DNA from: an uncultured Nitrososphaerota archaeon
GTDB taxonomy: Archaea > Thermoproteota > Nitrososphaeria > Nitrososphaerales > Gagatemarchaeaceae
Direction of reading: 5' to 3'
Length of the DNA stretch: 64,000 nucleotides
Assembly: GCA_963718895.1 (NCBI GenBank)
Contig: CAVRAG010000007.1
Span: forward strand, 448,001-512,000
The notes under the pieces were generated by a model, which was not told where the DNA came from, did no database searches, and saw only the letters and a list, made by a program, of their open reading frames with translations. This document shows, in pieces, positions 51,192 to 63,477 of the stretch. Each line of letters starts with the position of its first letter. The first letter of the stretch is position 1. The position numbers and the translations under genes were made by a program.

Positions 51192-51380
51192 TCAGCCGAG
51201 CGCGATCGCGGAGACGAGGACCGCTAGCCCCAGAGCCCCGATCGCCGCCTCGTCGTTAGCCGTGGCCCCCATCGAGCTCGCGCCCACCTCTCCGAGCACG
51301 AGTATCACCAGGCCCAGCAGGAAGAGCGGGTACTTCCACGCCTTTCGGAACCTGGGTTTGGTCTCTCGCTCCAACTGCAA
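51192..51380 (-). CDS. Small two-TM membrane protein
   Basis: Two hydrophobic helices; directly downstream of the Sdh anchor gene. Confidence 0.55.
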   Translation of the reverse strand: MQLERETKPRFRKAWKYPLFLLGLVILVLGEVGASSMGATANDEAAIGALGLAVLVSAIALG

Positions 51381-51384
51381 CCAC

Positions 51385-52077
51385 CTAGGATATCCTGAAG
51401 TCGACCGGGAGGCCCGCCTGGACCGCCCTCAGATAGAGGTCCGCGAAGATTATCGTGAGGAGGCTTATCCATGCGAGCTGCTCGTGGTGCCCGTTCCACC
51501 AGCTCTGCACACCGAAGACGGACCTGCGGGCGCTCCCGGCATAGGCGCAGGAGTAGCAGTCGATGTTTCCGCCCGCTAGGTGCCTGAAGGCGTGGCATGA
51601 CAGCGTCCAAGCGGTCAGCATGAGCGCGTTGGCGAGCAGGACCAGGCTCCCGAGCCTCAGGGAGAGGACTCCGGCGTAGACCAACGAATGATAGAAGTCG
51701 TAGTAGAAGAAGGGGAGGATTGCGATCCCTGCGTAGAGGAAATACCTGTGTAGGTTCTCGATCTGGAAGATGGCGCTCCTCTCCCCGGTGTACGGCTGCT
51801 CGTGGGTCTCAGACCGGTTCGGGTTGCTGCAACCGAGCGGGTGACGGAAGAGGTGCCTGTGATAGTCCTTGCGGTAGGCGTAGCAGGTCAGCCTGAACGC
51901 GCCGGGAAGCGGGACTATGAGCACCGTGGGGCTGTAGAACGGGTCGATGTACCCGTTCACCTGGAGGAGCGGGAACATGATGAGAGCACCGAAGCCCACG
52001 GAGAGTATGGCAAGCAGGCTCCAGAATCTCCAGTTGACCTCGATGAGTTCGTACGGGAGAAGGTACTTCTTGCTCAT
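51385..52077 (-). CDS. Sdh1-type (type F) succinate dehydrogenase membrane anchor
   Basis: FRLTCYAYRK, NLHRYF, SCHAFRH motifs as recalled for Rv0249c-like anchors. Confidence 0.8.
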   Translation of the reverse strand: MSKKYLLPYELIEVNWRFWSLLAILSVGFGALIMFPLLQVNGYIDPFYSPTVLIVPLPGAFRLTCYAYRKDYHRHLFRHPLGCSNPNRSETHEQPYTGERSAIFQIENLHRYFLYAGIAILPFFYYDFYHSLVYAGVLSLRLGSLVLLANALMLTAWTLSCHAFRHLAGGNIDCYSCAYAGSARRSVFGVQSWWNGHHEQLAWISLLTIIFADLYLRAVQAGLPVDFRIS

Positions 52078-52147
52078 TGTGATGAGGGTCCTTCCGTTGT
52101 CTGGCCTTTTGCGCCGATAATTAAGCTTGGCACGAAGAGGTGGGCAA

Positions 52148-52558
52148 CTAGTGGTCGGCGGGCTCTTCGAGGGCCGTCCCCAGATAGCCATAGACGCCCG
52201 TCTTCAGGACCTTCATCGAGAGCAGGGCGCACTTTATCCTCGCTGGGCCAAGGTCGGAGGTGCCAAGCATCTTCAGTATGTCCTCCTTTGAGAGGACCTT
52301 CACCCATTCGAGCGGGCGTCCCTTTGCCAGCTCCGTCAGCATCGAGGCCGAGGCCTGGCTTATGGCGCATCCCTTGCCGAGGAACCTGATGTCCTCTATC
52401 TTCTTGTCGGCCGAGACCTTGACCTGAATCTCTATCTCATCTCCGCAGAGAGGGTTCGAGTCTCTCGAGTCGATGTCGTGAGGGTCTAGCTTCCCGAAGT
52501 TCCGGGGGTTACGGTAGTAGTCGAGTATCAGCTCCCGGTAGATGTCGCTGCTGCTCAT
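52148..52558 (-). CDS. sufU: SufU/IscU-type Fe-S scaffold
   Basis: NPRNFG, NPLCGDEI, GCAISQASAS, RIKCA. Confidence 0.93.
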   Translation of the reverse strand: MSSSDIYRELILDYYRNPRNFGKLDPHDIDSRDSNPLCGDEIEIQVKVSADKKIEDIRFLGKGCAISQASASMLTELAKGRPLEWVKVLSKEDILKMLGTSDLGPARIKCALLSMKVLKTGVYGYLGTALEEPADH

Positions 52559-53792
52559 AGACAGAATATCCTCCGGGCCTTGGAGAGCGCGCCCATTAGC
52601 GCGTCGACGTCGTCGCGGGAGTTGTAGACGTAGAAGCTCGCCCTGCTGGTCGCCGATAGGCCGAGCGTCTCATGGAGCGGCTGCGCGCAGTGCATGCCCC
52701 GACCTAATCGCGACGCCCTCCTCGTCGAGGATCGACGCCAGATCGTGTGGATGGATGTCTCCGAGGTTGAACGAGACGACCCCGCCCCTCCTGGACGCGT
52801 CCTTGGGCCCGTATACCGTTATGCCGGGGACGGACCCCATCTGCTCGAGCGCGTAGGCGGTGAGTTCCTGCTCGTGGCTCCTGACCTTCTCCATCCCGAG
52901 CGACTCAAGGTAGTCGATCGCCGCCCCGAGGCCCACGGCGCCCTCGACGTTCTGGGTTCCGGCCTCGAACTTGTAGGGCAGGTCGTTCCAACGGGCGCCC
53001 GAGACGTGCACCTCCTTGATCATGTCACCGCCACTCTCGAAGGGCTCCATGTCCTCGAGCACCTCCCTCCTCCCGTAGAGCACGCCTATCCCGGTGGGTC
53101 CGAGCATCTTGTGTCCCGAGAAGGCCAAGAAGTCGCAGCCCATCTTCTGGACATCGACCGGCATGTGGGGCACAGACTGCGCCGCGTCGACGACCGTCGT
53201 CGCGCCTGCGCGGCGGGCCAGAGAACAGAGCTTCTCGGCGTCGTTTATCGTCCCGAGAACGTTCGAGGCCTGGGTGAAGGCGACGAGCGCGGGCGACCGA
53301 TCCATGAGGCGACTCGAACTCGTCGTCCCTCAAGGTGCCGTCCGGGTTTATCCCGACGTATTCTATGCGGGCACCGACCTCCTTCGCTAGGAGCTGCCAC
53401 GGGACGATGTTGCTGTGGTGCTCCATTATCGTGAGGACGATGAGGTCGCCCTACTTGATGTGGCTGCGCCCCCATGCGTATCTGACGAGGTTTATCGATT
53501 CGGTGGCACCCCTCGTGTAGAGTATCTCTTCGAAAGCCCGTGCGTGGATGAAAGAAACGGCCTTCTTCCTGCCCTCATCGAATGCCTCAGTGGCCTCGAT
53601 ACTGAGCTGGTGGACTCCCCTGTGCGGGTTGGCGTTGTGCTTGCTGTAGAGGTCGACTATTGACCTGATGACTGACCTAGGCTTCTGCGTCGTGGCCGCG
53701 TTGTCAAGGTAGACCAGGCGGTTGCCGTGTATCTTCCTCTTCAATATGGGGAAGTCCGCCCTCACCTTCTCGACCTTGAGAGACTCCGACAT
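52555..53792 (-). CDS. sufS: Cysteine desulfurase SufS (frameshifted)
   Basis: YLDNAATTQKP, MEHHSNIVPWQ, FSGHKMLGPTG, KFEAGT, IRSG. Confidence 0.93.
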
Positions 53793-53816
53793 CAACAAAA
53801 GCGACCACCCAACACG

Positions 53817-54134
53817 CTAGACCTCGACGAAAATCGCATCTTCCTCTATTTTAACGTTCAGGACGCGGAGTGGCAGCGTCGCCGGAGGGTTGTAGACCTC
53901 GCCTGTCTTGAGGTCGAACTGAGAGAGATGGAGCGTGCAGACCACGGCCCCGTCGAGGATGAACCCCTGGGAGAGGTCGTACTCCTCGTGGGTGCAGACG
54001 CCTGAGACTGCGTGGACCTCGCCATCGAGATTGGATAGCAGGACCTTCGTGCCCTCGAGCTCGACGCCGGCCATCGTGCCCGGCTGCAGGTCGGAGAGGG
54101 ACATGGCCCGCACAAAGTGGACCAGGACCTTCAC
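53817..54134 (-). CDS. Rieske-type ferredoxin
   Basis: CTHE..CTLH.SQFDL.TG. Confidence 0.9.
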   Translation of the reverse strand: MKVLVHFVRAMSLSDLQPGTMAGVELEGTKVLLSNLDGEVHAVSGVCTHEEYDLSQGFILDGAVVCTLHLSQFDLKTGEVYNPPATLPLRVLNVKIEEDAIFVEV

Positions 54135-55554
54135 GCCCTGTACTTGTAGTGCCTCTCGAAGACGTCTCCCGATTGCCTGACCTCGACCGGTCCCTCTCCG
54201 GTGATCGCCATCAGCGCCTCCGTGTCGATGAGCCTCCTCCTCTCGCCGTACCACTTGCCCTCGATTATGAACTTCGCACCTTCACGGGCCATCTCGACCG
54301 GAATCCTGGACACGACGGGCTCGAAGAATCCGAGCACAATCATCTTCTTCGCCTCGTCTTCAGGTAGCCCCCTCGCTCTCAGGTAGAAGACCTGGTCTTC
54401 GTCGACCTGCGCTACCGAGGCCGAGTGCGTCGCCTTGACCTCGTTCGTCTCGATGTCGAGGCCAGGGATGCCGTCGGAACGGGCGCCCTTGTCCAGTAGC
54501 ATCGCGTGGTGCGCAAGATAGGAGCTGGCGTTCTTCGCAATGTGGTTAATCTTGATCATGCCCTTGAATATCGACTGTGACTCGATCCTTGAGCACGCCC
54601 CTCGCGTGAAGAGCGGCGGTGGTGTCCGGGGAGTTGTGGATGAGGTTCGACTCGAGGTCGAACCGCTGCTTCCCGTTGCAGAAGAAGACCTCAAATCCCT
54701 CGACTGTCGAGCCCCTGCCGTTGAGGTCACCATGTCCATTCGGGACCGGGAGATCGGTCGACCGCCGAGGAGGATCGACGTGATGTTTACGCGTGAGTCG
54801 CTTGAGGCGTCGACCCGCTTGTTAGTGAGATAGGTCGCCTTCTCGTCCAGGAGCTGCAGCGAGCTGGCGTCGACGTGGGAGGAGCTCCCGGCCCTGACCT
54901 CGAGCAGAGAGCTGACGAGGTAGTCATGCTCGGCCGCGCCCGTGTAGAGCTCCTCGAGGAAGTTCAACCTCGAGGTATCCTCGGCGTAGATCATCGTCTG
55001 GTCGACACGCTCGTACGCAGGGTTCTTCACTACGAGCATCTTCCGAAGGGGAGACGAGACCTCGACCCCTCGGGGACATGGATGAAAGTTCCGGAGTTGA
55101 AGAAGGCGTTGTTGAACGCCGCGTACTTCTCCCCGTTCGACTTCGCCAGCTTGTCTCGAACAGGCCTCGCATCAGGCCCTCCTTCTTGGCGATGGCGTCG
55201 TGGATGCTCATGACCTCGAGCCCGCTCTTCGCGTAGCGACTCGTCGAGGTCGACGTGGATCGTGGTCGAGTTACCCTGGAGGATGATGTTGGTCTCCTTC
55301 CCCGTGAGGTAGCCCTCGAAGTGAGTCCGGAGGTCGAGGACCTCGTTCGGGGGCGCGACCGAGAACTGCGCCGGGTCGAACGGCGGAGACCCCTGCGTAC
55401 TTCGTGTAGAGCGGGGAGAGCTCGAGAGGGAGCTTGAGGAACTCGCTGAGCGCGTCGACCCGGAAGTCCCTGAGCCAGCTCGGGCTCCTGCAGGCTCCTG
55501 GACAGAGCGATCGACCTTCTCCTCGGTGAACGCGCCCATCGTTTGCTGGGCCAT
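54131..55554 (-). CDS. sufD: SufD (frameshifted)
   Basis: IPGLDIETNEVKATHSA, DQVFYLRARG, IVLGFF. Confidence 0.88.
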
Positions 55555-55581
55555 GGGAACACCTCGACTTGGCGGTGTTGT

Positions 55582-56995
55582 TTAGCCTACCGCGCCGGTC
55601 ATCTCGAGCGCCATCAGCCGGTTGAGCTCGATCGCGTAGATCATCGGGAGCTCCTTGGTGAAGGGCTCGACGAAGCCGTTGACTATCATGCTCAGGGCGT
55701 CCCTCTCGCTGATGCCCCTGGCCATGAGGTAGAAGAGCTGGTCCTCGCCGACCTTGCCGACGCTCGCCTCGTGGGTGACCGTGGCGTCGTCCGCCATGAC
55801 CTCCATGTACGGGAATGGTCGAGGTCTTCGACTGCTCGTCGAGGAGGAGCGCGTCGCACCTCACGGTGGACTTCACGTTGTGCGCGCCCCTCGCGATGTG
55901 CAGGAGGCCGCGGTAGATGGCCATCGCCTCCGTCCTTGGAGACCGACTTTGAGATTATCTTGGAGGAGGTGTCGGAGGCGAGGTGGATGACCTTCCCTCC
56001 GGTGTCCTGTATCTGGTTGGCGCCGGCGTAGGCCATCGAGAGTATCTCCGCCTTTGCGCCTTGCGCCGAGGAGGTAGATCGACGGATACTTCATGTTCCT
56101 GCCCGGAGCCGACCTCCCCGTTCAGCCAGGTGACGCTCGCGTCCTCGTAGGCGTGCGCCCTCTTCGTAACGAGGTTGTAGACGTTCTTGCTCCAGTTCTG
56201 GATCGTGATGTACCTTATCTTCGCACCCTTCTTCGCGATCAGCTCGACGACGGCGGCGTGGAGCATCGACTTTTGGTACATCGCGGCGGTGCAGCCCTCG
56301 ATGTACTGGACCTCGCTGTTCGGCTCCGCGACGATGAGCGTCCTCTCGAACTGCCCCATCCCCTGGGCGTTGATCCTGAAGTAGGACTGGAGGGGCATAG
56401 CTGATCTTGACGCCCTCCGGGATGTAGATGAAGGGACCGTCGCTCCAGACCGCGCTGTTGAGCGCGGCGAACTTGTTGTCGCTGGCCGGGACTATCGTCC
56501 CCATGTACTTCTTGATGAGGTCGGGATACTCCTTCACCGCGTTGCCGACGCTCGTGAATATGACTCCCTGCGCCTGTCAGGTCCTTCTGGAGGCTGTTGT
56601 AGACCTCCTGGCTCTCGTAGATGGCGCCGACGCCGGCGAGGAACTTCCTCTCGGCCTCAGGGATGCCCAGCTTCTCGAAGGTGTTCCTGATCTCCGGGGG
56701 GACGTCCTCCCACTTCTTCGCGGTCTCCTTCGCAGGTTGGGCGTAGTAGTAGAAGTCCTGGAAGTGTATCGGAGAGAGGTCGACCCCCCACGTGGGTACG
56801 GGGCGGGCCAGGAAGTTCTTCAGGGCCCTGAGCCTGAACTCCTCCATCCAGATCGGCTCGTCACGGATGCCGGGAGATCTCCTTGACGACGTCCTCGTTT
56901 ATCCCCTTGTGGCTGTGGTCGAGGTAGTCCGTCGAGTCGGCGAATCCGTACTTTGTCTGATAATCGTCAGAGACAATCTCGGAAGCAGATGTCAT
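55582..56995 (-). CDS. sufB: SufB (frameshifted)
   Basis: [52 protein letters not shown]. Confidence 0.93.
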
Positions 56996-57051
56996 AGATA
57001 ACTCACATTATTACTATTGTTATAAGTATATAACACTTGCCTCTACCGACC

Positions 57052-57816
57052 CTAGGCCACCACGCCGGCTTGTTCCTTGAGCCAGCTGTACCCCTTCTCT
57101 TCGAGCTTGAGCGAGAGCTCCTCTCCTCCCGAGGCCGTTATCTTGCCATCGTAGAGGACGTGGACGAAGTTCGGCTTGATGTACTTCAGAATCCTCTGGT
57201 AGTGCGTGATTATGAGGACTCCCAACTCGCTCCCCGCAAGCTTGCTCACTCCCTCGGCCACGACGCGCAGGGCGTCGATGTCCAGGCCGGAGTCGGTCTC
57301 GTCGAGGATTGCGAACTTCGGTTTCATCAGGGCCATCTGCAGGATCTCGGCCCTCTTCTTCTCACCGCCGGAGAAGCCCTCGTTGAGGTACCTGTTCATG
57401 AAGGACTCGTCGACCCCCAGGAGCTTCATCTTCTCGTTCATCGCCTCTCTGAACTCAAAGAGGGTCGGGGCCTGGTTCTTCTCGTCGGTGTGGACAGAGT
57501 TGTAGGCCGCGCGCAGAAAGGAGAACATGGTGACGCCAGGAACTGTGACCGGGTACTGGAAGGCCAGGAAGAGTCCGCTCTTCGCCCTCTTGTCGGGGGT
57601 GTAGCCGAGGATGCTCTGGCCGTCGATCAGGATGTCTCCCTTGGTCACCTTGTACTTCGAATGCCCGAGCAGAGTGTAGGCTAGTGTACTCTTCCCTGAC
57701 CCGTTCGGGCCCATAAGGGCGTGGACCTCCCCCTGATTGATCGTCAGGTTGACTCCTTTGAGAATTTCGTTGCCCTCTATGGAGACGTAGAGGTCGCGTA
57801 TTTCCAACTTGGCCAT
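57052..57816 (-). CDS. sufC: SufC ATPase
   Basis: GPNGSGKST, LAFQYP, NEGFSGGEKKR, DETDSGLDID. Confidence 0.97.
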   Translation of the reverse strand: MAKLEIRDLYVSIEGNEILKGVNLTINQGEVHALMGPNGSGKSTLAYTLLGHSKYKVTKGDILIDGQSILGYTPDKRAKSGLFLAFQYPVTVPGVTMFSFLRAAYNSVHTDEKNQAPTLFEFREAMNEKMKLLGVDESFMNRYLNEGFSGGEKKRAEILQMALMKPKFAILDETDSGLDIDALRVVAEGVSKLAGSELGVLIITHYQRILKYIKPNFVHVLYDGKITASGGEELSLKLEEKGYSWLKEQAGVVA

Positions 57817-57880
57817 GGCCGAACGGCTTAAAGTGCCGCGTCTTTGAATATTTAAGGCTTATAACATGAGTTATATTGCC

Positions 57881-57944
57881 CTGATGACCCTCAGGAATAA
57901 TTCCCGACGAACTAGAGTGCCCCGATGAATCGTGTGGCCCCTGA
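57881..57944 (+). ncRNA. Candidate box C/D guide sRNA
   Basis: C ctgatga 57881, D' ccga 57904, C' cgatga 57923, D ctga 57941; TATA ttataa at 57859. Confidence 0.35.
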
Positions 57945-58102
57945 CGTGCGTCTGGACACGTCGGAGCAAGGCCGGGATACTGATCGCCTTGTGGTAGTGC
58001 AAGGCAAACCCTGGAGCGCTGGTAGGGCCTCGCTGGCTCTCGCATGACTGTCCAGCACTACGCTGAGATGATAAAGCAGGTCCGTAGGCTGCCGAACGTT
58101 GG

Positions 58103-58579
58103 CTAGCCGACGCAGTGTCGCGCTATCTTGGAGGCCACAGCTTCCAGGAACTCCCGGTCAACGGATGAGTGCGCGTTCAGTTCGTCGCTGTCGATGTCTA
58201 TCTCTCCTACGACCCTGCCCCCGTAGTGTACGGGGACGACTATCTCCGACTTCGTGTTGGCGAAGCACTCCAGATAGCGGCTGTCCTTGCTCACGTCGGA
58301 GACTATCTCCGTCCTGCCGGATTTGGCGGCCCAGCCGCAGACGCCCTTGCCGATGGGGATGGTCGTGTGGACCGTGGCTGCGGGTCCGGCCCAGGCAGCG
58401 AGGGCCAGGTTCCCACCCTTGACGAGGTATATGCCCACCCAGTTGTAGGTCGGGACCTGGTTCAGGATCTTAACCACCTTCTGCCTCACTTCGGCGCTGC
58501 TGTCCGAGGCCGACGCCCCCTCGACCTGCCCGATCAGCTCCTTGGCCCTCTCTCTGTCCATCCGGGTTCCGTTCTTCAT
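58103..58579 (-). CDS. GAF-domain protein (free methionine-R-sulfoxide reductase-like)
   Basis: NWVGIY, IPIGKGVCG, YLEC..TKSEIVVP, GEIDIDS. Confidence 0.85.
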   Translation of the reverse strand: MKNGTRMDRERAKELIGQVEGASASDSSAEVRQKVVKILNQVPTYNWVGIYLVKGGNLALAAWAGPAATVHTTIPIGKGVCGWAAKSGRTEIVSDVSKDSRYLECFANTKSEIVVPVHYGGRVVGEIDIDSDELNAHSSVDREFLEAVASKIARHCVG

Positions 58580-58589
58580 CGCGCCTTGC

Positions 58590-58760
58590 TCTGGAATATG
58601 CCACTTGAAGAGCATAGCGGCCACCAGCGCTCCGAGTATAGGTCCAACCACGTACAGCCAGTACCGCGAGAGAGGTGTGCTGAAAAGGAGCGAGACCAAG
58701 CGGGGTCGAAGCTCCTCGCGGGATTGGGAAAACGGCACGGGAAGATGATTCAAAACCTCA
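58590..58760 (-). pseudogene. Aquaporin (MIP) C-terminal remnant
   Basis: NPARSFDPA at 58725-58699 and, after a frameshift, WLYVVGPILGALVAA. Confidence 0.7.
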
Positions 58761-58904
58761 GCCTAGCAGGAATCAAGAGAGTAAATCGCGGCTCAACGGC
58801 ACGAAGCTTTGCGCAGCGCTTTGTTCATGAACGGAACATTGGATTTCAATTGTGCAAACCTAAATATCACCGGACAACGGCGCGGTTTAATCAAGTGGGT
58901 TTGA

Positions 58905-61073
<2,169 letters not shown>

Positions 61074-61099
61074 AGAGAATTCGCATGGCAGGCCCGGCA

Positions 61100-61375
61100 G
61101 GGCCCGTCCTGTTCAGAGAGAGCTCGCCTATGGCGCAGAGGCCATAGTGACCGCCGGGTTGAAGCGCGCGCGGGAGACCTGGGCGACCGTCGCCACCCCA
61201 TGGGGGTCGCGACGCCATGTGCGAGGCCGATGAACCCCGAGGCCCAGACCCGCTCCGGCTGGGAAGGTGTGGCAGTCGGCGACTACGGTAATCGCGCCGA
61301 GGCCCAGGAGGGTGAGCACGAACGTGCCGTAGATCTGGGTGATGAGGGCGCTCGGGAGGGGACGCCGCAAATCTT
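61100..61375 (-). pseudogene. Aquaporin (MIP) N-terminal remnant
   Basis: GTFVLTLLG, (frameshift) FIGLAHG, VAQVSRARFNPAVT at 61160-61146. Confidence 0.72.
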
Positions 61376-61460
61376 TACACTGGCGTCCGTCCGCTAATCC
61401 GTATCTAAATGCTGGTAGAACGCGGCGGGTGAGAGCGCGCCCTGGGCCCTGGCACCGCGG

Positions 61461-61799
61461 TCAGGTCGCCTTTTCGCCCGCGCTCGGGTGTCCAGCTGGC
61501 TCCTCGACGGGCTCTGGCTTGCCCCAGCGGCCTACCTTTGGCACGGACTCTGTCCTGAACAGCGCGAGCCCCTTCTGGTAACGTTCGAGCTCGACCTCGA
61601 TGAAACGGATCTCGGACCTGAGGCCCTCCGCAGCCTTGTTCTTCCCTCCTGACTTGTTCAGCGCGTCCAGTCTCGACCTCCTATCGGCGATCATCTGACT
61701 CAGGAGGTCCTCGTACTCGGTGGCCAAGGCAAATAACGGGATGCGTCGGGCCGTGTATAAACGCATTAGGCCATGTGCCACGTGGCAGAGCCCATCCAA
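61461..61799 (-). CDS. Hypothetical coiled-coil protein (start uncertain)
   Basis: Helical charged ORF with host-like codons. Confidence 0.5.
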   Translation of the reverse strand: MDGLCHVAHGLMRLYTARRIPLFALATEYEDLLSQMIADRRSRLDALNKSGGKNKAAEGLRSEIRFIEVELERYQKGLALFRTESVPKVGRWGKPEPVEEPAGHPSAGEKAT

Positions 61800-61822
61800 G
61801 AATATTAACCGTAGGCTCTGGA

Positions 61823-62260
61823 TGGATGGCAGTGAAGATCTACAGAGACGAGGTCGAGTTCTTCGGCCACCCGATGGTACGGTCGCGGCACCCTACGACC
61901 ATAGAAGTGACGCGTGACTCGCACCTGACGCTCAGAGGCGACTGCATCATAGGGGTGCGCGCCGACAAGGGTGTCTCTGACCTGTCGAAGGAGGTGAGAG
62001 AGTCGATCATGGTCGACGGCAGCGAGGTGCTCATCACGATAGAGGTCCCCCAGGAAGGCTTCCTGGTTCGAGCGGCTGGAAGCAGCAGGCTCTCCCTCGA
62101 GGACGCCCACGAGATCGTGATGCGGAAGAGCGAGTTCATCTCCGCGAGGACGCTCGCCATAAGAGCCGACGCCGCCGCAAAGGACATACCCAAGAAGATC
62201 GTCGAAAGCCTAAGGAGCCCCGACTGCCGAGGCGTACTCAGGATAGAGGTGCGAGTCTGA
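61823..62260 (+). CDS. DUF371-domain protein
   Basis: GHP.VRSRHPTTIEVTRD.HLT.RGDCIIGV.ADK; RKS.F...RTL. Confidence 0.88.
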   Translation, partial: WMAVKIYRDEVEFFGHPMVRSRHPTTIEVTRDSHLTLRGDCIIGVRADKGVSDLSKEVRESIMVDGSEVLITIEVPQEGFLVRAAGSSRLSLEDAHEIVMRKSEFISARTLAIRADAAAKDIPKKIVESLRSPDCRGVLRIEVRV

Positions 62261-63210
62261 TGCCGTACACCGTGGTTGCGAATACGATGCAGGCCCTGGT
62301 CAAGTACCACGGGCTCAAGAACTGGGACCTGAGAATCCCATACCACGACAGCATATCGGTGAACACGACCTCGCTCTACTCGGAGGTGAGGGTGACAGAG
62401 GGAAGGGAGGGCAGACTCCTCGTGGAAGGGAAGAGGAATGAGGACGCGCTCCGGAGGATAGAGCAGGTCTCGAAGAGGCTGACCGGGAAGGGGTTCGTGG
62501 AGCTCGGGCTCGACATGGACTCCAAGAACACGCCCGGGGTCGAGGGGAAGGGGCTGGGCTTCTCATCCTCGGCTGGGTCCGCTCTTACGTTCGCGATAAA
62601 CCGTGCAGTGAAGAAAGGCCCGCCCGACCTGCGGGACCTCTCGAGGGTCTCGAGGCTATTCGCTGCCTCAGCATCACGGACGATGGTAGGGGGGTTCTCC
62701 CGGCTGTACGCCGGTCGGGGCGACGAAGACACGTATTCGGAGAAGATCGCCGACGAGAAGGACCTTCCGCTCAGGATGGTAATCGTTCCTCTTCCCTCGA
62801 CCGTCAAGACCGAGACGGCGCACGAAGAGGTTGAGACCTCGCCGTTCTTCAAGGCGAGGATAGAGTCGGCGGCCAAGAGGTGCGACCTAGTGGAGAAGGC
62901 GATAAGGGGAGGGGACCTTGCGAGGCTCGGCGAACTCGTCGAGCAGGACACCATGGAGCTGCACGGCGTGACGATGACCGGCGAGAACAGGATGATCGTA
63001 ATGAGCGGCGATACCATCAACGTCATCACGAAGGTAAGAGAGCTCCGCTCTAACAGCGTGCGGGCCTACTTCTCGATGCAGACTGGCCCCTCCGTCTTCA
63101 TCAACACAAGCGAGGAGGACGAGCAGAAGGTCAGGAGGGCTATGGCGAGGATGGGCTACCGGACCATCTCGTCCGGGGTCGGAAGAGAAGCCAGGGTCAA
63201 GCGCGGCTAG
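62260..63210 (+). CDS. Mevalonate-(di)phosphate decarboxylase-family GHMP enzyme
   Basis: LVKYHG..RIPYHDSISV, GLGFSSS, ASASR; SMQTGPSV at the catalytic loop. Confidence 0.85.
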   Translation: MPYTVVANTMQALVKYHGLKNWDLRIPYHDSISVNTTSLYSEVRVTEGREGRLLVEGKRNEDALRRIEQVSKRLTGKGFVELGLDMDSKNTPGVEGKGLGFSSSAGSALTFAINRAVKKGPPDLRDLSRVSRLFAASASRTMVGGFSRLYAGRGDEDTYSEKIADEKDLPLRMVIVPLPSTVKTETAHEEVETSPFFKARIESAAKRCDLVEKAIRGGDLARLGELVEQDTMELHGVTMTGENRMIVMSGDTINVITKVRELRSNSVRAYFSMQTGPSVFINTSEEDEQKVRRAMARMGYRTISSGVGREARVKRG

Positions 63211-63248
63211 TACTGGTCTATCCTTAATACTGGAGCGGACGTGTTGGG

Positions 63249-63473
63249 TTGAGTCACTTGCCCGAGAAGTCAAGGCTGGTAAGCGGGTACCTCAAGGAGC
63301 TCAGACTGACGCGAAAAGAGAAGCCGACGCAGATCAGGGAGGCCCTGGAGATCTACATCCAACTCTGGGAGAGCGTGGTGAGGAAGGGCTTGGTCAGCCC
63401 CGACGACGAGATTGGAGAGGCGCTGAAGAAGATAGACGCCAGCGGAGGACTCTACCAGGCTGCCCAGGACTGA
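63249..63473 (+). CDS. Small hypothetical protein
   Basis: 74-aa helical ORF with host-like codons. Confidence 0.55.
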   Translation: MSHLPEKSRLVSGYLKELRLTRKEKPTQIREALEIYIQLWESVVRKGLVSPDDEIGEALKKIDASGGLYQAAQD

Positions 63474-63477
63474 AACG

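Noticed and set aside
36400-57000. Many frameshifts in ribosomal, secY, cbf5, sdhA and suf genes, suggesting programmed frameshifting, editing or mass pseudogenisation
   Set aside because: Essential genes, both insertions and deletions, no shared slippery motif that I could see, and conserved residues retained; best explained by uncorrected long-read indels.
58580-58753. N-terminal TM extension on the GAF ORF, as a membrane-bound sensor
   Set aside because: The extension is the decayed aquaporin C-terminus running in frame into the GAF gene.
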